Origin: Verrucomicrobiota bacterium
Lineage (GTDB): Bacteria > Verrucomicrobiota > Verrucomicrobiia > Verrucomicrobiales > V1-33
Direction: 5' to 3'
NCBI GenBank assembly: GCA_003402705.1
Contig: QQNF01000001.1
Location: 74,184 to 138,183, forward strand
Length of the DNA stretch: 64,000 nucleotides
Part shown: piece by piece, positions 28,641-38,251 of the stretch
Position numbering within the stretch: the stretch's first letter is position 1
Layout of the letters: each line of letters starts with the position of its first letter
Translations under genes and position numbers: made by a program
Notes under the pieces: generated by a model
What the model was told of the DNA's origin: nothing
Databases searched by the model: none
Seen by the model: only the letters and a program-made list of their open reading frames with translations

Positions 28641-29684
28641 CTAAAATGCCGCAATGCGTTCGATGACCCAGAACATGGCCACGCTTCCGATCACATACGG
28701 TGGCACCAAATGAGCCCATCGCGGGAGCGGTAATGGCACCCGGCGGGCAAGTGCGGTAATCGCTAGGACGGCAGCAATGAAGGCAAGCTGGCCGAGTTCG
28801 ACGCCGACATTGAAGAAGAGCAGCGACAGCGGAATAGCGTGCTGGGGCAGGCCGACTTCGGTCAGCGCACCAGCGAAGCCAAGACCGTGGAGCAGGCCGA
28901 AGGTGAAGGCCACCACCCACGGCGCGCGCTCCGTGAGCCCCGGATTCCCGGCCCGGCTGCGGAGGATCTCCGCCGCCACAAAGACAATGCTCAGCGCGAT
29001 GCAGGCCTCGACCGGCGGACCTGGGACGTGGACCAAACCAAGCGTCGCTGCGGCTAGGGTCAGGCTGTGCGCGACGGTGAACGCAGTGATCGTTCCCACG
29101 AGCCGCCTCCAGCCTTTCACGAGCAGCACCAGCGCGAGCACGAAGAGCAGGTGGTCGATGCCGAGGAGAATGTGCTCGATCCCGAGCGCGGTATAAGTGC
29201 GCGCGACTTGCCAACCGGACGCCGCGGCGGCGATGATGACCGATGGTTCATCGGGTGTGGCGCGGAACGTTTGCGTGACGCCCTTCACGTCGGTCACGCG
29301 CACGAGAGCGTCGATCTTCGTCGAGGATAGTCCCTCGATGGCAATGCTCTGCCCATCAAGTCCCCCGGGACGCTGGATGCGCCAGCGTTCAATGTGCGCG
29401 CCGCCGGAAAACATCCCGCGCGGCTCACTGAGCTGACGCGCCTCGGCGGGGAACCGCACATAAAGCGCCAGCCGCATCTCCCCGTTCGCAGGCACCTTCC
29501 ACAGCACGTCGTAAGTCTCCGGGGCGGTCTCGCGCAGCTCGAGATACGCCGGCCGCACCTCATGCGCGAACCCAGATGTTAAGCACAAGAGGAAGAGAAG
29601 AATGGCACAGCAGGAAACCGAGAGAACGGAGCAGAAACGACCCTCCGTTCCCTCCTGTTCAAAATGCCTCGGATTGATCCTCAT
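28641..29684 (-). CDS. HupE/UreJ-family membrane protein
   Basis: HILLGIDHLLFVLALVLL...FTVAHSLTLAAATLG...GLLHGLGFAGAL...FNVGVELGQL. Its ATG overlaps the upstream stop (ATGA). Confidence 0.8.
   Translation of the reverse strand: MRINPRHFEQEGTEGRFCSVLSVSCCAILLFLLCLTSGFAHEVRPAYLELRETAPETYDVLWKVPANGEMRLALYVRFPAEARQLSEPRGMFSGGAHIERWRIQRPGGLDGQSIAIEGLSSTKIDALVRVTDVKGVTQTFRATPDEPSVIIAAAASGWQVARTYTALGIEHILLGIDHLLFVLALVLLVKGWRRLVGTITAFTVAHSLTLAAATLGLVHVPGPPVEACIALSIVFVAAEILRSRAGNPGLTERAPWVVAFTFGLLHGLGFAGALTEVGLPQHAIPLSLLFFNVGVELGQLAFIAAVLAITALARRVPLPLPRWAHLVPPYVIGSVAMFWVIERIAAF
29611..29661 (-). repeat. Operon motif copy 1 (inverted pair, overlaps the HupE signal-peptide codons)
   Basis: CAGGAAACCGAGAGAACGGAG ... 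CCCTCCGTTCCCTCCTGTTCA. The arms are imperfectly complementary. Confidence 0.55.
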
Positions 29685-30541
29685 TTCCCCGCGTCGGTCC
29701 CCACCTTTTGCTTCGGCCATTCGATGGTGACGGCATACTGCTTGAGCAGCTCGTCGAGAAACTTGCGGTTAGTCTCCGTGCGGCGCTCGCTCGCCCACTC
29801 GCGCTCCACCTGCGCACGTACCTCTTGCAGCGCGGGCACACGGCCTTCGGTGCGTTGCGCGATGAAGACAACATGCATGCCGAGGCCGGACGGCACCGGT
29901 CCGCACCATTCGCCCACCGGCAGCTTCGCCAGTTCCACGGCAAACTCCCTGCCAAAACTGCTCTCGATGCCACGCTGCGGTTCATCGGCTAGCGACGGAG
30001 GAAGCAGCGAGGGATCGCCGAGTTCGGAAGCGTCCGCCTGCGCGCCCTTCGCCTTCAGCTCCACCAGCATCTGCGCGGCGTCGGCGGCAAGTTTGTCGCC
30101 GCGTTTGTCCGCGTTGAGATACACCTGACGGAACGTGAGCCGCTGATCCTGACGAAACGCGTCCGCATGTTTCGCCAGATACGCCGCCAGCTCCTCCTCG
30201 GTGGGCTCGACGCCCGCGGCAAAATCGTCAGCGATGAATTCCATCTTCTGCTGGAGACGGCGACGGATGATCACGTCATTTTGATCCAGCCCCAGCTTCA
30301 TCGCCTCGCGCGCAAAGACTTCCTCACGGACGTATTGATCGATCAGCCCCTTGACCTCGTCGTCGTTCGGCGGGCGCTGCCAGGTGCGGGCGAACGTCGT
30401 GACCATGTGCTCGACCTGTCCGGGGCTGACGACGATCTGCTGCGGGTCGGTCTGCGGCCTGCGGTTCAGCAAGTGGTAACCGCCAAAGAGCGCCGCGCCA
30501 AGCAGGACGAAATGCAGCAGTGGCTCGCGGAGAAATTTCAT
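29681..30541 (-). CDS. Membrane-anchored parvulin-like peptidyl-prolyl isomerase (PpiC/Rotamase_2-like)
   Basis: N-terminal TM helix, a SurA-N-like helical region, and a C-terminal ...LPVGEWCGPVPSGLGMHVVFIAQRTEG... Confidence 0.55.
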   Translation of the reverse strand: MKFLREPLLHFVLLGAALFGGYHLLNRRPQTDPQQIVVSPGQVEHMVTTFARTWQRPPNDDEVKGLIDQYVREEVFAREAMKLGLDQNDVIIRRRLQQKMEFIADDFAAGVEPTEEELAAYLAKHADAFRQDQRLTFRQVYLNADKRGDKLAADAAQMLVELKAKGAQADASELGDPSLLPPSLADEPQRGIESSFGREFAVELAKLPVGEWCGPVPSGLGMHVVFIAQRTEGRVPALQEVRAQVEREWASERRTETNRKFLDELLKQYAVTIEWPKQKVGTDAGK

Positions 30542-30548
30542 GGGATTT

Positions 30549-30606
30549 GAACAGGAGGAAACGGAGAGGCAGAAAACAATGGCTCTGTTCCCTCCGTTGC
30601 CTCCTC
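30549..30606 (-). repeat. Operon motif copy 2 (inverted pair forming a 13-bp stem with one mismatch, 8 nt upstream of the PPIase ATG)
   Basis: GGAGGAAACGGAG (30554-30566) pairs with CTCCGTTGCCTCC (30592-30604). Confidence 0.6.
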
Positions 30607-30697
30607 TTGGATTGCGATTCTCATTGGTTTGCTCCCGGAAGGATCAGGCGGCTGATGCCGTCGGTGACCTTCAACTCATGGAAATTGACAGTCTTCA

Positions 30698-30727
30698 CCC
30701 TCCGTTCCCCCTGTTCCCTCCTGTTGA
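30698..30727 (-). repeat. Operon motif copy 3
   Basis: CCCTCCGTTCCCCCTGTTCCCTCCTGTTGA, directly after the stop of the 30730-31758 gene. Confidence 0.55.
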
Positions 30728-30729
30728 TT

Positions 30730-31758
30730 TCATGGTTTGTTGGCCGCGGCGCGGCAGGCTTTCAGGTACTCCTGGATCCTCCCGCGCGTCTCCGGAAGGA
30801 CCGGCTCGCCCGAGGCGAGCAGCGTTTGATAGTGTGCCGCCGCGCTCCAATCGCGCCATGCCGCGAGGTCGCGGGCGACGAGTCCGCTGAGCGGGCGCCG
30901 CTCGGCGAGGAACACCCGACAGGCGGCGAGAATGCGCGGACGCAGCCTGTCACTGGCCTCGCCCTGAACACCAAGCGCGGCGACCGCCGCCTGAATCTCC
31001 TCAAGCGTGCGGTCGCGGTCGCGGAGGTAATGGACCTCAAGCCACGCCACACCCTCGTCACCCTCGCGTTCGATGCGGGCAGTTAGCAGTGCGGCGAGGA
31101 GCGAAGCATCATTCGCTTTCCATGCGGCCTCGAGTTGCTCGTTGGCCTTCCGCGCGTCATCGGCGTCGCCGGACGCGCCGAGCAGCACGATCCACATCGG
31201 CTGCGCATAGGCCTGAGCCGGATCGGCGAGCCATGCACGGAGATTCTCCGCCTCGAGGCGCTGCGTCTTGAGCACGCGATAGGGCGCGCGCGCCCATGCC
31301 GCCCAGGCGCTCCTGGCGATGCGCGGATCGGGATGGCCGAGAAACGGACGAAAGGCCGACAGCCGTTCATTCCATTGCGCCTCCGTCACGGTCTCCGCGG
31401 CGGGCAGGTCGAGGATCGCTTTGAAGAACCCGGCGAACTGAATCCCCGACTCGCCCAGGCTGCTCCACGGCGCATCGACCGCCGCACGGGAAAGGATGAG
31501 TGTTCCCTTCCCATCAATGCTCGGCGCTTTCACGCGGACGCCCTTCAACGCCGCATCGCCTTTGATGACCGCATGGACTTCGAAGGTGCCCGCCTCCGTC
31601 AGGGCCGTCGCCACCACCACCTCGTGCGCCACCGACACTTCATCCGCCAACGTCGGCTTCTGCGGCACAACGCCCATGCAGATCGCACATCCCCACGAAA
31701 CCACCGCCGACAGGTGAAACGCAGCGACGAGAGTGAGGATGATGCGATTGCGGCTCAT
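30730..31758 (-). CDS. Secreted hypothetical protein (helical; CxxC close to the signal peptide)
   Basis: ATG at 31758. MSRNRIILTLVAAFHLSAVVSWGCAICMG... No family recognised. Confidence 0.55.
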   Translation of the reverse strand: MSRNRIILTLVAAFHLSAVVSWGCAICMGVVPQKPTLADEVSVAHEVVVATALTEAGTFEVHAVIKGDAALKGVRVKAPSIDGKGTLILSRAAVDAPWSSLGESGIQFAGFFKAILDLPAAETVTEAQWNERLSAFRPFLGHPDPRIARSAWAAWARAPYRVLKTQRLEAENLRAWLADPAQAYAQPMWIVLLGASGDADDARKANEQLEAAWKANDASLLAALLTARIEREGDEGVAWLEVHYLRDRDRTLEEIQAAVAALGVQGEASDRLRPRILAACRVFLAERRPLSGLVARDLAAWRDWSAAAHYQTLLASGEPVLPETRGRIQEYLKACRAAANKP

Positions 31759-31808
31759 CGGGAAACTTGAACAGTACCAAACAGAGTAAGCGGGATCGAG
31801 GATATCAT

Positions 31809-31836
31809 CTCTGTTCCCTCCGTTTCCTCCTGTTGA
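31809..31836 (-). repeat. Operon motif copy 4
   Basis: CTCTGTTCCCTCCGTTTCCTCCTGTTGA, between the DUF3604 stop (31841) and the next ATG (31758). Confidence 0.6.
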
Positions 31837-31840
31837 CGCT

Positions 31841-33631
31841 TCAGGGCGTGAACCAGATCGGCGAGGTCCACGCACGTTCCTGAATGGAAACCTGCACGCC
31901 GGCGGGTGCTTTCACTCCGTAGCGCGCGGCGTCGTAGGTGCTCCAGCGCGGTGTCGGGATTTCCAGAACGCGGGCGTAATAAAGGGCGCGGAGTGATGGG
32001 TCGAAATCGGGATCGGTCCACACATGGGAGAGTTCCGCCGCGCCGATCGAATTCGCGAAGGTGGCCTTCTTCTCATCCACCGTGTTGCCCACGGGCGGCA
32101 ATTTTCCGTCAGCGCCGGGTTGCCGGTCGCCCGACCAGACGACGTCATAAATCTTCTCGTGCGTCTTCCCGGACTTGTCCACCCAGCCCTTGATGATCTG
32201 GATACGATCGAGGTTCGCTCCGTCAGGATCCTTCATCGCCGAGACGATGAATTTCGGAGATTTACCCTCCGGCGCTGACTTCAAATCACCGCCCATCGGC
32301 ACACCGCCAGCATAGGCCGCTTTCGCCATGCCAGGCTTCTTGACGATGGCTGCGTCATAGTCCCAGCCACCGAAGAATCTCGCTGTGATGCGCGTGCCGC
32401 TCGTCGCAAAGGGTTCCTTGCGGTGCATCCCATCCCAGATGCCCTCGCGTGTGTTCGCATCGGCCCAGACACCCGTCAGCGCGCCGGGCGTGAGATCTTT
32501 GCCTTTGATCCAGCCGCCCACTTCGCTGGTCATGCGGCGCTCGGCGGTCCCGTCAGCTGCCCCGTGACTGCCAGCCATGAAATTGTCCTCGGCCGTATTC
32601 GAAGGCGTGCCGTTGTGAGTGTCGGTCCCGCCCACGAAGCCGTATTTGAACGGGTTCACGCCTAGCGCTTGCTCGACAGCGAGTCCTTTGATCACCCCGT
32701 CGCGCACAAAATTCCCCTTGGAGAAAGCACGGCCGCTGTAGTCCTGGATCGAATCGGCATTCTCAAAGTCGGCGAATTCATCAGTGGGCCAGAATGTCCG
32801 ATGCACCTCGGAGTTGCCCTTGATCTGCATCATCTCGACGAGCGGCTCGAAGTGGCTCCGCGTCTCGGCATACGCACGGTCGATCGGCTTCCCCGCGCCG
32901 TCCACATCGGCAAACATCATCCCTTTGCTCGCATTGGAATTGTGAGGAATCGCAAGCACCTTCATGCCCCGCTTTTCGAGACCGGCCATCCACGCCCACA
33001 ATCCGTCCTCGCGACCGATGTCGATGTAGCTCATTACCTTGTCAGGTACGTTCGTGTCGCGGAAGAACACGTTGCGGTGCAGGTTGCCGCCCTTGGGCGC
33101 GCCACTCCATTCAAACGCCGGGATAGTCGTGAACTCGCCGGGCTTATAGTGCTTCGCGGCCGCCTCCATCACGACTTTCCAGCCACTCTTCTCCGTCTCG
33201 ATTCCCGCGTAGAAGGGCGGGTGCTGCGGATTGCCGCCCCGGTTGCTCTTGACCACATACTCGAGAAACCACCTCTCGCGCTCCTCAATGCTCGTCAGTC
33301 CGCGCAACTGCTGGATCAGCTCCTGGTTGTATCCGGGAGCCCCCTCTACCAGCGTCGAATACATCTCGCCGAGATACTCCGCATGATCCGTGACCGCCGC
33401 CCAGTCGAGCGGACGGCGCAGCTTGAATTTCACCCCGTTCACCTCGACCTCCCCGCCCTTCGCGAAAAGATAGGCGTCGGAAGGCGTCAGCCGCGCGCCG
33501 CCGATATACGCGTCGAGCGAGTAGGCGGTGTGAACATGCTGCTCGCCGAAGAACGCACGCCGGTCCTGAGCATCGCCAGCGGTGGGGATCCAGGCGCAGA
33601 GCGCGGCGAGGAATGCTGACGTAGTTCTCAT
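31841..33631 (-). CDS. DUF3604 protein (PHP-like putative metallohydrolase), secreted
   Basis: ATG at 33631. FFGEQHVHTAYSLDAY...AAVTDHAEYLG...IPHNSNASKGMMF... Paralogous to 34319-36277. Confidence 0.8.
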   Translation of the reverse strand: MRTTSAFLAALCAWIPTAGDAQDRRAFFGEQHVHTAYSLDAYIGGARLTPSDAYLFAKGGEVEVNGVKFKLRRPLDWAAVTDHAEYLGEMYSTLVEGAPGYNQELIQQLRGLTSIEERERWFLEYVVKSNRGGNPQHPPFYAGIETEKSGWKVVMEAAAKHYKPGEFTTIPAFEWSGAPKGGNLHRNVFFRDTNVPDKVMSYIDIGREDGLWAWMAGLEKRGMKVLAIPHNSNASKGMMFADVDGAGKPIDRAYAETRSHFEPLVEMMQIKGNSEVHRTFWPTDEFADFENADSIQDYSGRAFSKGNFVRDGVIKGLAVEQALGVNPFKYGFVGGTDTHNGTPSNTAEDNFMAGSHGAADGTAERRMTSEVGGWIKGKDLTPGALTGVWADANTREGIWDGMHRKEPFATSGTRITARFFGGWDYDAAIVKKPGMAKAAYAGGVPMGGDLKSAPEGKSPKFIVSAMKDPDGANLDRIQIIKGWVDKSGKTHEKIYDVVWSGDRQPGADGKLPPVGNTVDEKKATFANSIGAAELSHVWTDPDFDPSLRALYYARVLEIPTPRWSTYDAARYGVKAPAGVQVSIQERAWTSPIWFTP

Positions 33632-33633
33632 GA

Positions 33634-34257
33634 TTAGTTGCCGATAGGTTTTGGTTCCGGGAACTTCCACGAGCCGTCGAGGATCTCCTTGCGTGGCCGA
33701 TAGAGGCGCACCGTGTAATTCCAGCCCTTCGTGATGGGGATGTAGTTCAACTGCTTCGGGTCGCCTCCGAAATGGATCGTAATGGTGCCATCGCTGTCCT
33801 TCTTCGCCGTGATGTTGTTGAACGAATAGGCTTTGGCCGGGTCCACGAGCGTACGGAAAGCAACCTGGACATAGCGCGTGCCAATCTTCTCGCGGGTCAG
33901 CACGTACTCGCCGGGTTCGTATGCCACGGCCTTGATGTAATGGTCCTCGTTGATCACAACCATGGACTGGAATCGCTTCCCGGTGTCCGGTTTCACGATC
34001 GTCACCGGCTGCGTCAGGTCGAACACCCCCCACGAAAAGAGCGTGTCGCGATTCACACGGACGACGACGTGTCTGTCAATCGGAGCAGGCTCACGGACGT
34101 GTCCGAATTTGCCGAACATCCCCTCGTCCACCTTCTTCTTGAAGTTGAAATCGGACTCCGCGCGCAGGTAGTTGTCGGGGGTGACGGGTTCTGCAGCATT
34201 GACTGCGACAGCCGCGAAACCGGTCAGGGTGGCTATAGCCATTGTGGTTGGTTTCAT
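33634..34257 (-). CDS. DUF1214-like secreted protein
   Basis: Signal peptide. The C-terminal ...GWNYTVRLYRPRKEILDGSWKFPEPKPI resembles the DUF1214 ending. Confidence 0.5.
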   Translation of the reverse strand: MKPTTMAIATLTGFAAVAVNAAEPVTPDNYLRAESDFNFKKKVDEGMFGKFGHVREPAPIDRHVVVRVNRDTLFSWGVFDLTQPVTIVKPDTGKRFQSMVVINEDHYIKAVAYEPGEYVLTREKIGTRYVQVAFRTLVDPAKAYSFNNITAKKDSDGTITIHFGGDPKQLNYIPITKGWNYTVRLYRPRKEILDGSWKFPEPKPIGN

Positions 34258-34286
34258 GGTCTTGATGGTGGAACTTGAACAGGAAA

Positions 34287-34313
34287 CTCTGTTCTCTCCG
34301 TTGCCTCCTGTGA
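34287..34313 (-). repeat. Operon motif copy 5
   Basis: CTCTGTTCTCTCCGTTGCCTCCTGTGA, 30 nt upstream of the ATG at 34257. Confidence 0.6.
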
Positions 34314-34318
34314 AACCC

Positions 34319-36277
34319 TCACGGATTGTACCAAATGGGCGAGGTCCACGCGCGCTCCTGGTGTTTCATCGGCACCCCGGCCGGCATTTTGATCCCGTAG
34401 CGGACGCAGTCGTAGGCGGTCCAGCGCGGAGATGGGATCTCGATGACGCGGGTGTAGTAGAAGGCGGGCTGCGCCGGATCGAAGTCAGGGTCGATCCATT
34501 GCGCGGCGAGGTCGGGGTCGCCGATGGTGTTGGTCCACGTAGCGTTGGCAACGTCCACGGTGTCGCCCACGGGCGGGAGTTTGCCGTCCGCGCCAAGCGG
34601 GCGCTTGTCGGCGTCGCCCCAGGCGACCTCGTAAACCTTCTCGTGTGTCTGGCCGTCCTTGTCGAGCCAACCCTTGATGATCTGGATGCGGTCGAGATTC
34701 GCACCGAGCGCGTCCTTCATTGCGGAGAGGAGGAAGGTCGGTGCCTTCGCGCCGTCCGGACGTTTCGGCATGTCCCCACCCATCGGCACGCCTTTGGCAT
34801 AACCGACCGACGGCAAATAGCGGGTCTTCGCATCTTCCGCCGAATAGTCCCAGCCGCCGAAGAAACGCGCGGTGATGCGGGATCCGGAGGTGGCGTAACA
34901 TTCCCTGCGCATCATCGCATCCCAGAGCGCTTCGCGCGTGTTTTCCTTCGCCCAAACCGCAGCGTAGCCCGCAGCGGTGTAATGCCACGTGTAGCGCGTC
35001 TTGCCAAAACCGACCTTCGAGACGTGCTCCCAGCGGTTCGTGTTAGGCTCCTGAAACGGCAACTTGCCGTAGAAATTGTCCTCCTCAATCGAGGTTAGCG
35101 AGTTGTGCACGTCCGTGCCGCCGATCATCCCGATCTTGAAGGGATTCGTGCCGAGTTTCTGCTCCAGCATGAGACCATTCATCAGCGCGCCGCGGATGAA
35201 GCTGAAAGGCCGCATCTCCGGCGTGGCGGGTTTGTCCGTGAGCGAGAGATTGCCATACTCCCAGCCGGCGACGCCGAAGTCCGAGAACTCGTCGTTTGGC
35301 GAAAGCGTCGGGTGGGTCTCGCTGTTGCCCTTGGTCTGCATCACTTCGTGCAGCGGCTCCCAGCGGGCCCGGCGCTTCGCGTAGTCGGAGGTGAGCGGGT
35401 TGCCCTTGAAATCGGTGAGGGCAAACATCAGGCCGTTCGAAAGGTTGCCGTTGTGCGGAATGGCTAGCATCTTGCCGCCGGTCTTCTTTTCGTAAGCATC
35501 CATCCACTTCCAGAGATCCTCGGCGTCTTCGCTCTGCCACGCGGAAAAGGGCATGATCTGGTCAGCCTTGTCCTTGCCATCACGGAAGAGAATGTTGCGG
35601 TGAAGGTTGTTGCCGCCTGGGACCGAAGTCCACTCGTAGGCGATCATCGCGGTGAAGCGGCCGGGATCATTGTATTTCTCGGCGGTCGCCGTGTATTTCT
35701 GCCAGACCGATTTCATGATCGGGCCGACCGTCTTCGGATCTTTAATGAGCGGGGGGAGCGTCCCGTTGCCCTGTCGGACGACGATGTCGCCGGTAGCATC
35801 CGCCGCCGCCTTGCCGCCGTCCTTCATGGCCTTGTTCCAGCTCGCTATCACTTCATCCTTCATGAAGGCTTCGTTGCCTTCAAATACCTGATACATGATC
35901 CCGAGCCCCTCGGCGTGGTCGCTGATGCACAGGAAATCGAGCGGCCGCGAAAGCCTCGCCGGAATTCCCGTCGAGGAGACGACCTCCTCCCCCTTCGCAA
36001 AACGATAGGCGTCTTCCGGGCTGAGCCGGTCCCCCGCCATGAAGGCATCGCCGGAATTCGCGGTGTGGTGATGCGTGTCGCCAAAGAAGACCCGCGTCGG
36101 GAAATCCCGCTGCGCGTACGCCGAGTAGGCCTTCTTGTCGCCCGCCGGATGATGGGCGATCGGGCCCTCCTCTCCCTCCGTGGCAACGCCCGATTTCGTA
36201 GATTCTTGAGAGAAGACGGCGGGCGGACCGGCCGCGAACGCCAGCAAGAAGGACAGAAAAGTTAGTGCGGTTTTCAT
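34319..36277 (-). CDS. DUF3604 protein, second paralog, secreted
   Basis: FFGDTHHHTANSGDAF...LCISDHAEGLG...IPHNGNLSNGLMF... The C-terminal ...ERAWTSPIWYNP parallels ...ERAWTSPIWFTP in the first copy. Confidence 0.8.
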   Translation of the reverse strand: MKTALTFLSFLLAFAAGPPAVFSQESTKSGVATEGEEGPIAHHPAGDKKAYSAYAQRDFPTRVFFGDTHHHTANSGDAFMAGDRLSPEDAYRFAKGEEVVSSTGIPARLSRPLDFLCISDHAEGLGIMYQVFEGNEAFMKDEVIASWNKAMKDGGKAAADATGDIVVRQGNGTLPPLIKDPKTVGPIMKSVWQKYTATAEKYNDPGRFTAMIAYEWTSVPGGNNLHRNILFRDGKDKADQIMPFSAWQSEDAEDLWKWMDAYEKKTGGKMLAIPHNGNLSNGLMFALTDFKGNPLTSDYAKRRARWEPLHEVMQTKGNSETHPTLSPNDEFSDFGVAGWEYGNLSLTDKPATPEMRPFSFIRGALMNGLMLEQKLGTNPFKIGMIGGTDVHNSLTSIEEDNFYGKLPFQEPNTNRWEHVSKVGFGKTRYTWHYTAAGYAAVWAKENTREALWDAMMRRECYATSGSRITARFFGGWDYSAEDAKTRYLPSVGYAKGVPMGGDMPKRPDGAKAPTFLLSAMKDALGANLDRIQIIKGWLDKDGQTHEKVYEVAWGDADKRPLGADGKLPPVGDTVDVANATWTNTIGDPDLAAQWIDPDFDPAQPAFYYTRVIEIPSPRWTAYDCVRYGIKMPAGVPMKHQERAWTSPIWYNP

Positions 36278-36302
36278 GGTTCGTTTTGGGCGGCGCTCCG
36301 CC

Positions 36303-37085
36303 TCACTTCGGGAAAAGCATCTTAACGGTGAAGCGGATCGTGTCTTCCGGCCCGACAGTCTTATCAGCGAAGTCGTGCTCGTATTGCAGACCGAACTGCA
36401 CCGGAAAGTCTCCGATCTTCTGCATTTTGGAAATCTTCATCCCCAGGGGCAGGCTGCTCCAGCGGTCGGTCTCCCAGTCCCAGGCGAAACTCATCTCGGA
36501 GCTGCCGACAAACCATCCCTCGCCGAGCCCGAAGTTGAAGATCGGCTGGATGACGCTGGCGTTGACCTTGTCGCCGCCGATGTTGAAAAGGTTCTGGTTG
36601 AAGAGGCCCCAGATAAGCTTGTCCCGGCGGGCAGTGAATCCGATCGCCGGACCCAACGCCCACTCGTCTGCCCCGCGATCATCACCTCCCGTCGGAAGCA
36701 ACGCGACCGGTCCCAATCCCCAGCGTCCCCAGTCCTCGTTGAAGACGACCAGGTCGAAAAGCGTTATGTCCGACAATCCCGGGTCGTACGACGGGTGATC
36801 AGTTAGGAAAGGCATCGTCGCCCGGAAAATGTGCCTCCACTCCCCAGTTTGGAAGGGAATCACCGGTCTCAGAACGACAGTGTTCGCGCTCTCGTCCCCG
36901 GGCAGATGATGAAACGAGGCATTGTACCAGTCAGCGATCTGCAGCGACATCAGTGACGCGGTCGGATCCTCCGCCGCCTGGCCGAGGGATTGCCCACCCG
37001 GTTCACCTTCATCGGCACGGCTCATTCCCGAGAGCCATCCGAGCGTCGCCATCGCGACACACAGCAGGATTGGATTCAGATTCAT
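36303..37085 (-). CDS. Putative outer-membrane beta-barrel protein
   Basis: Signal peptide, an alternating beta-strand pattern, and a C-terminal aromatic residue two positions from the end (…KMLFPK). Confidence 0.5.
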   Translation of the reverse strand: MNLNPILLCVAMATLGWLSGMSRADEGEPGGQSLGQAAEDPTASLMSLQIADWYNASFHHLPGDESANTVVLRPVIPFQTGEWRHIFRATMPFLTDHPSYDPGLSDITLFDLVVFNEDWGRWGLGPVALLPTGGDDRGADEWALGPAIGFTARRDKLIWGLFNQNLFNIGGDKVNASVIQPIFNFGLGEGWFVGSSEMSFAWDWETDRWSSLPLGMKISKMQKIGDFPVQFGLQYEHDFADKTVGPEDTIRFTVKMLFPK

Positions 37086-37134
37086 AGGAGGCGATGCGGT
37101 AGAATGTTAGTAATCGTGCCTTGAAGATCCAGGG

Positions 37135-38079
37135 TTAGAACTTCAAGATGAATTTCAACCACATGTAGTCGCCCTGGAGACGGTTCTTCGTCTCCATCTC
37201 ATGCAGCCACTTCAGTTCAGTCACCGTGTCGAGCTTTCCAAGCTTTCCGGCAAAGGAGACGACCGGTCCAAGCCCCGCCGTCCGTCCCTCAAAATCCCCG
37301 AGAAACGCTCCCGCCCCGCTGTCTCCGCTAACCTGTTCGTACCAGTATCCATTGATCCCCACCCCCGCGAGCCCGCCGAAAATCGGGAAATGCTGTGCCA
37401 GCGTGCCATCGGCGTGGAACTGCGCCCCAGACCGGTAGTTCGTGTCCTCGTTCTCCGTATTCAGACTCACGCCGCTGAACAGCGAGGCCTCGATCCCGTT
37501 TTCCTTGCCGAAATACATCAGCCCGACGGTTGGTTCGAAGGTCCAGAAATTCTTCCCCGTGTTCGCGAGCCGTCCCACCTCGTAGTCGCCAGTCGGCACA
37601 TAAATGCCGAGGCGGGCGCTCACGTTGAAGTCCTCGTTGCACCGGTAGTTGAACATCAGCGGCATCAGGACGATGTCGCCCAGCCCCTCAAGACTGCTGG
37701 ACCGCTGAAAAGGGCCGACCCTCGCCGAAACATCCATCGAAACCATCGGGATCGTCATACTCATCGCGTAACTGAGCCTGTCGCCGAAATCACCCGGCGG
37801 ACGCCAGAGCAGCGACAGCCCGTTCGCCCATGAACTCGCATCCACCCCGGCCGCATTCAGTCCGGCGATCGGAATCCGCGCACCGTTCACATCGATCGAA
37901 CCGTCGTAGTAGAGCAGATTGTAGCGCGCAATGAAGGTCTCCGTCGGCGGCACCACATCGGCAAACGAGGACATCGAACCGGGGAGATAGTGGCCGCTGC
38001 CGCCCTCCTCAGCTCGTGAGACGGTTGTCAGAATTCCGCCAAGGATGGCGGCAACTGTTAGGTGAATTCGCTGGTTCAT
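37135..38079 (-). CDS. Outer-membrane channel of the MetA-pathway/phenol-degradation-like family
   Basis: Signal peptide, then GSGHYLPGSMSSFADVVP..., and a terminal ...WLKFILKF ending in Phe. Confidence 0.65.
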   Translation of the reverse strand: MNQRIHLTVAAILGGILTTVSRAEEGGSGHYLPGSMSSFADVVPPTETFIARYNLLYYDGSIDVNGARIPIAGLNAAGVDASSWANGLSLLWRPPGDFGDRLSYAMSMTIPMVSMDVSARVGPFQRSSSLEGLGDIVLMPLMFNYRCNEDFNVSARLGIYVPTGDYEVGRLANTGKNFWTFEPTVGLMYFGKENGIEASLFSGVSLNTENEDTNYRSGAQFHADGTLAQHFPIFGGLAGVGINGYWYEQVSGDSGAGAFLGDFEGRTAGLGPVVSFAGKLGKLDTVTELKWLHEMETKNRLQGDYMWLKFILKF

Positions 38080-38116
38080 GAAACATGCGGAACCCGGTCT
38101 CCGGACAGCGACCCGT

Positions 38117-38128
38117 GCATGGCCATGC
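38117..38128. promoter_or_regulatory. Perfect 12-bp palindrome GCATGGCCATGC in the divergent LysR/operon intergenic region
   Basis: It lies 38 nt upstream of the operon's first ATG (38079) and upstream of the LysR start. Candidate operator. Confidence 0.3.
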
Positions 38129-38251
38129 CCTTGGACACCCCGCGACAGCTTTCCTTTCGATCACCCGGCCCACCGGAAGAAAATGAAGAGCGTTGCTGCT
38201 CGGCGTATTGTTAGGTTCAGTCTCATGTTGACCGAGGAAACCGAGCATGAA

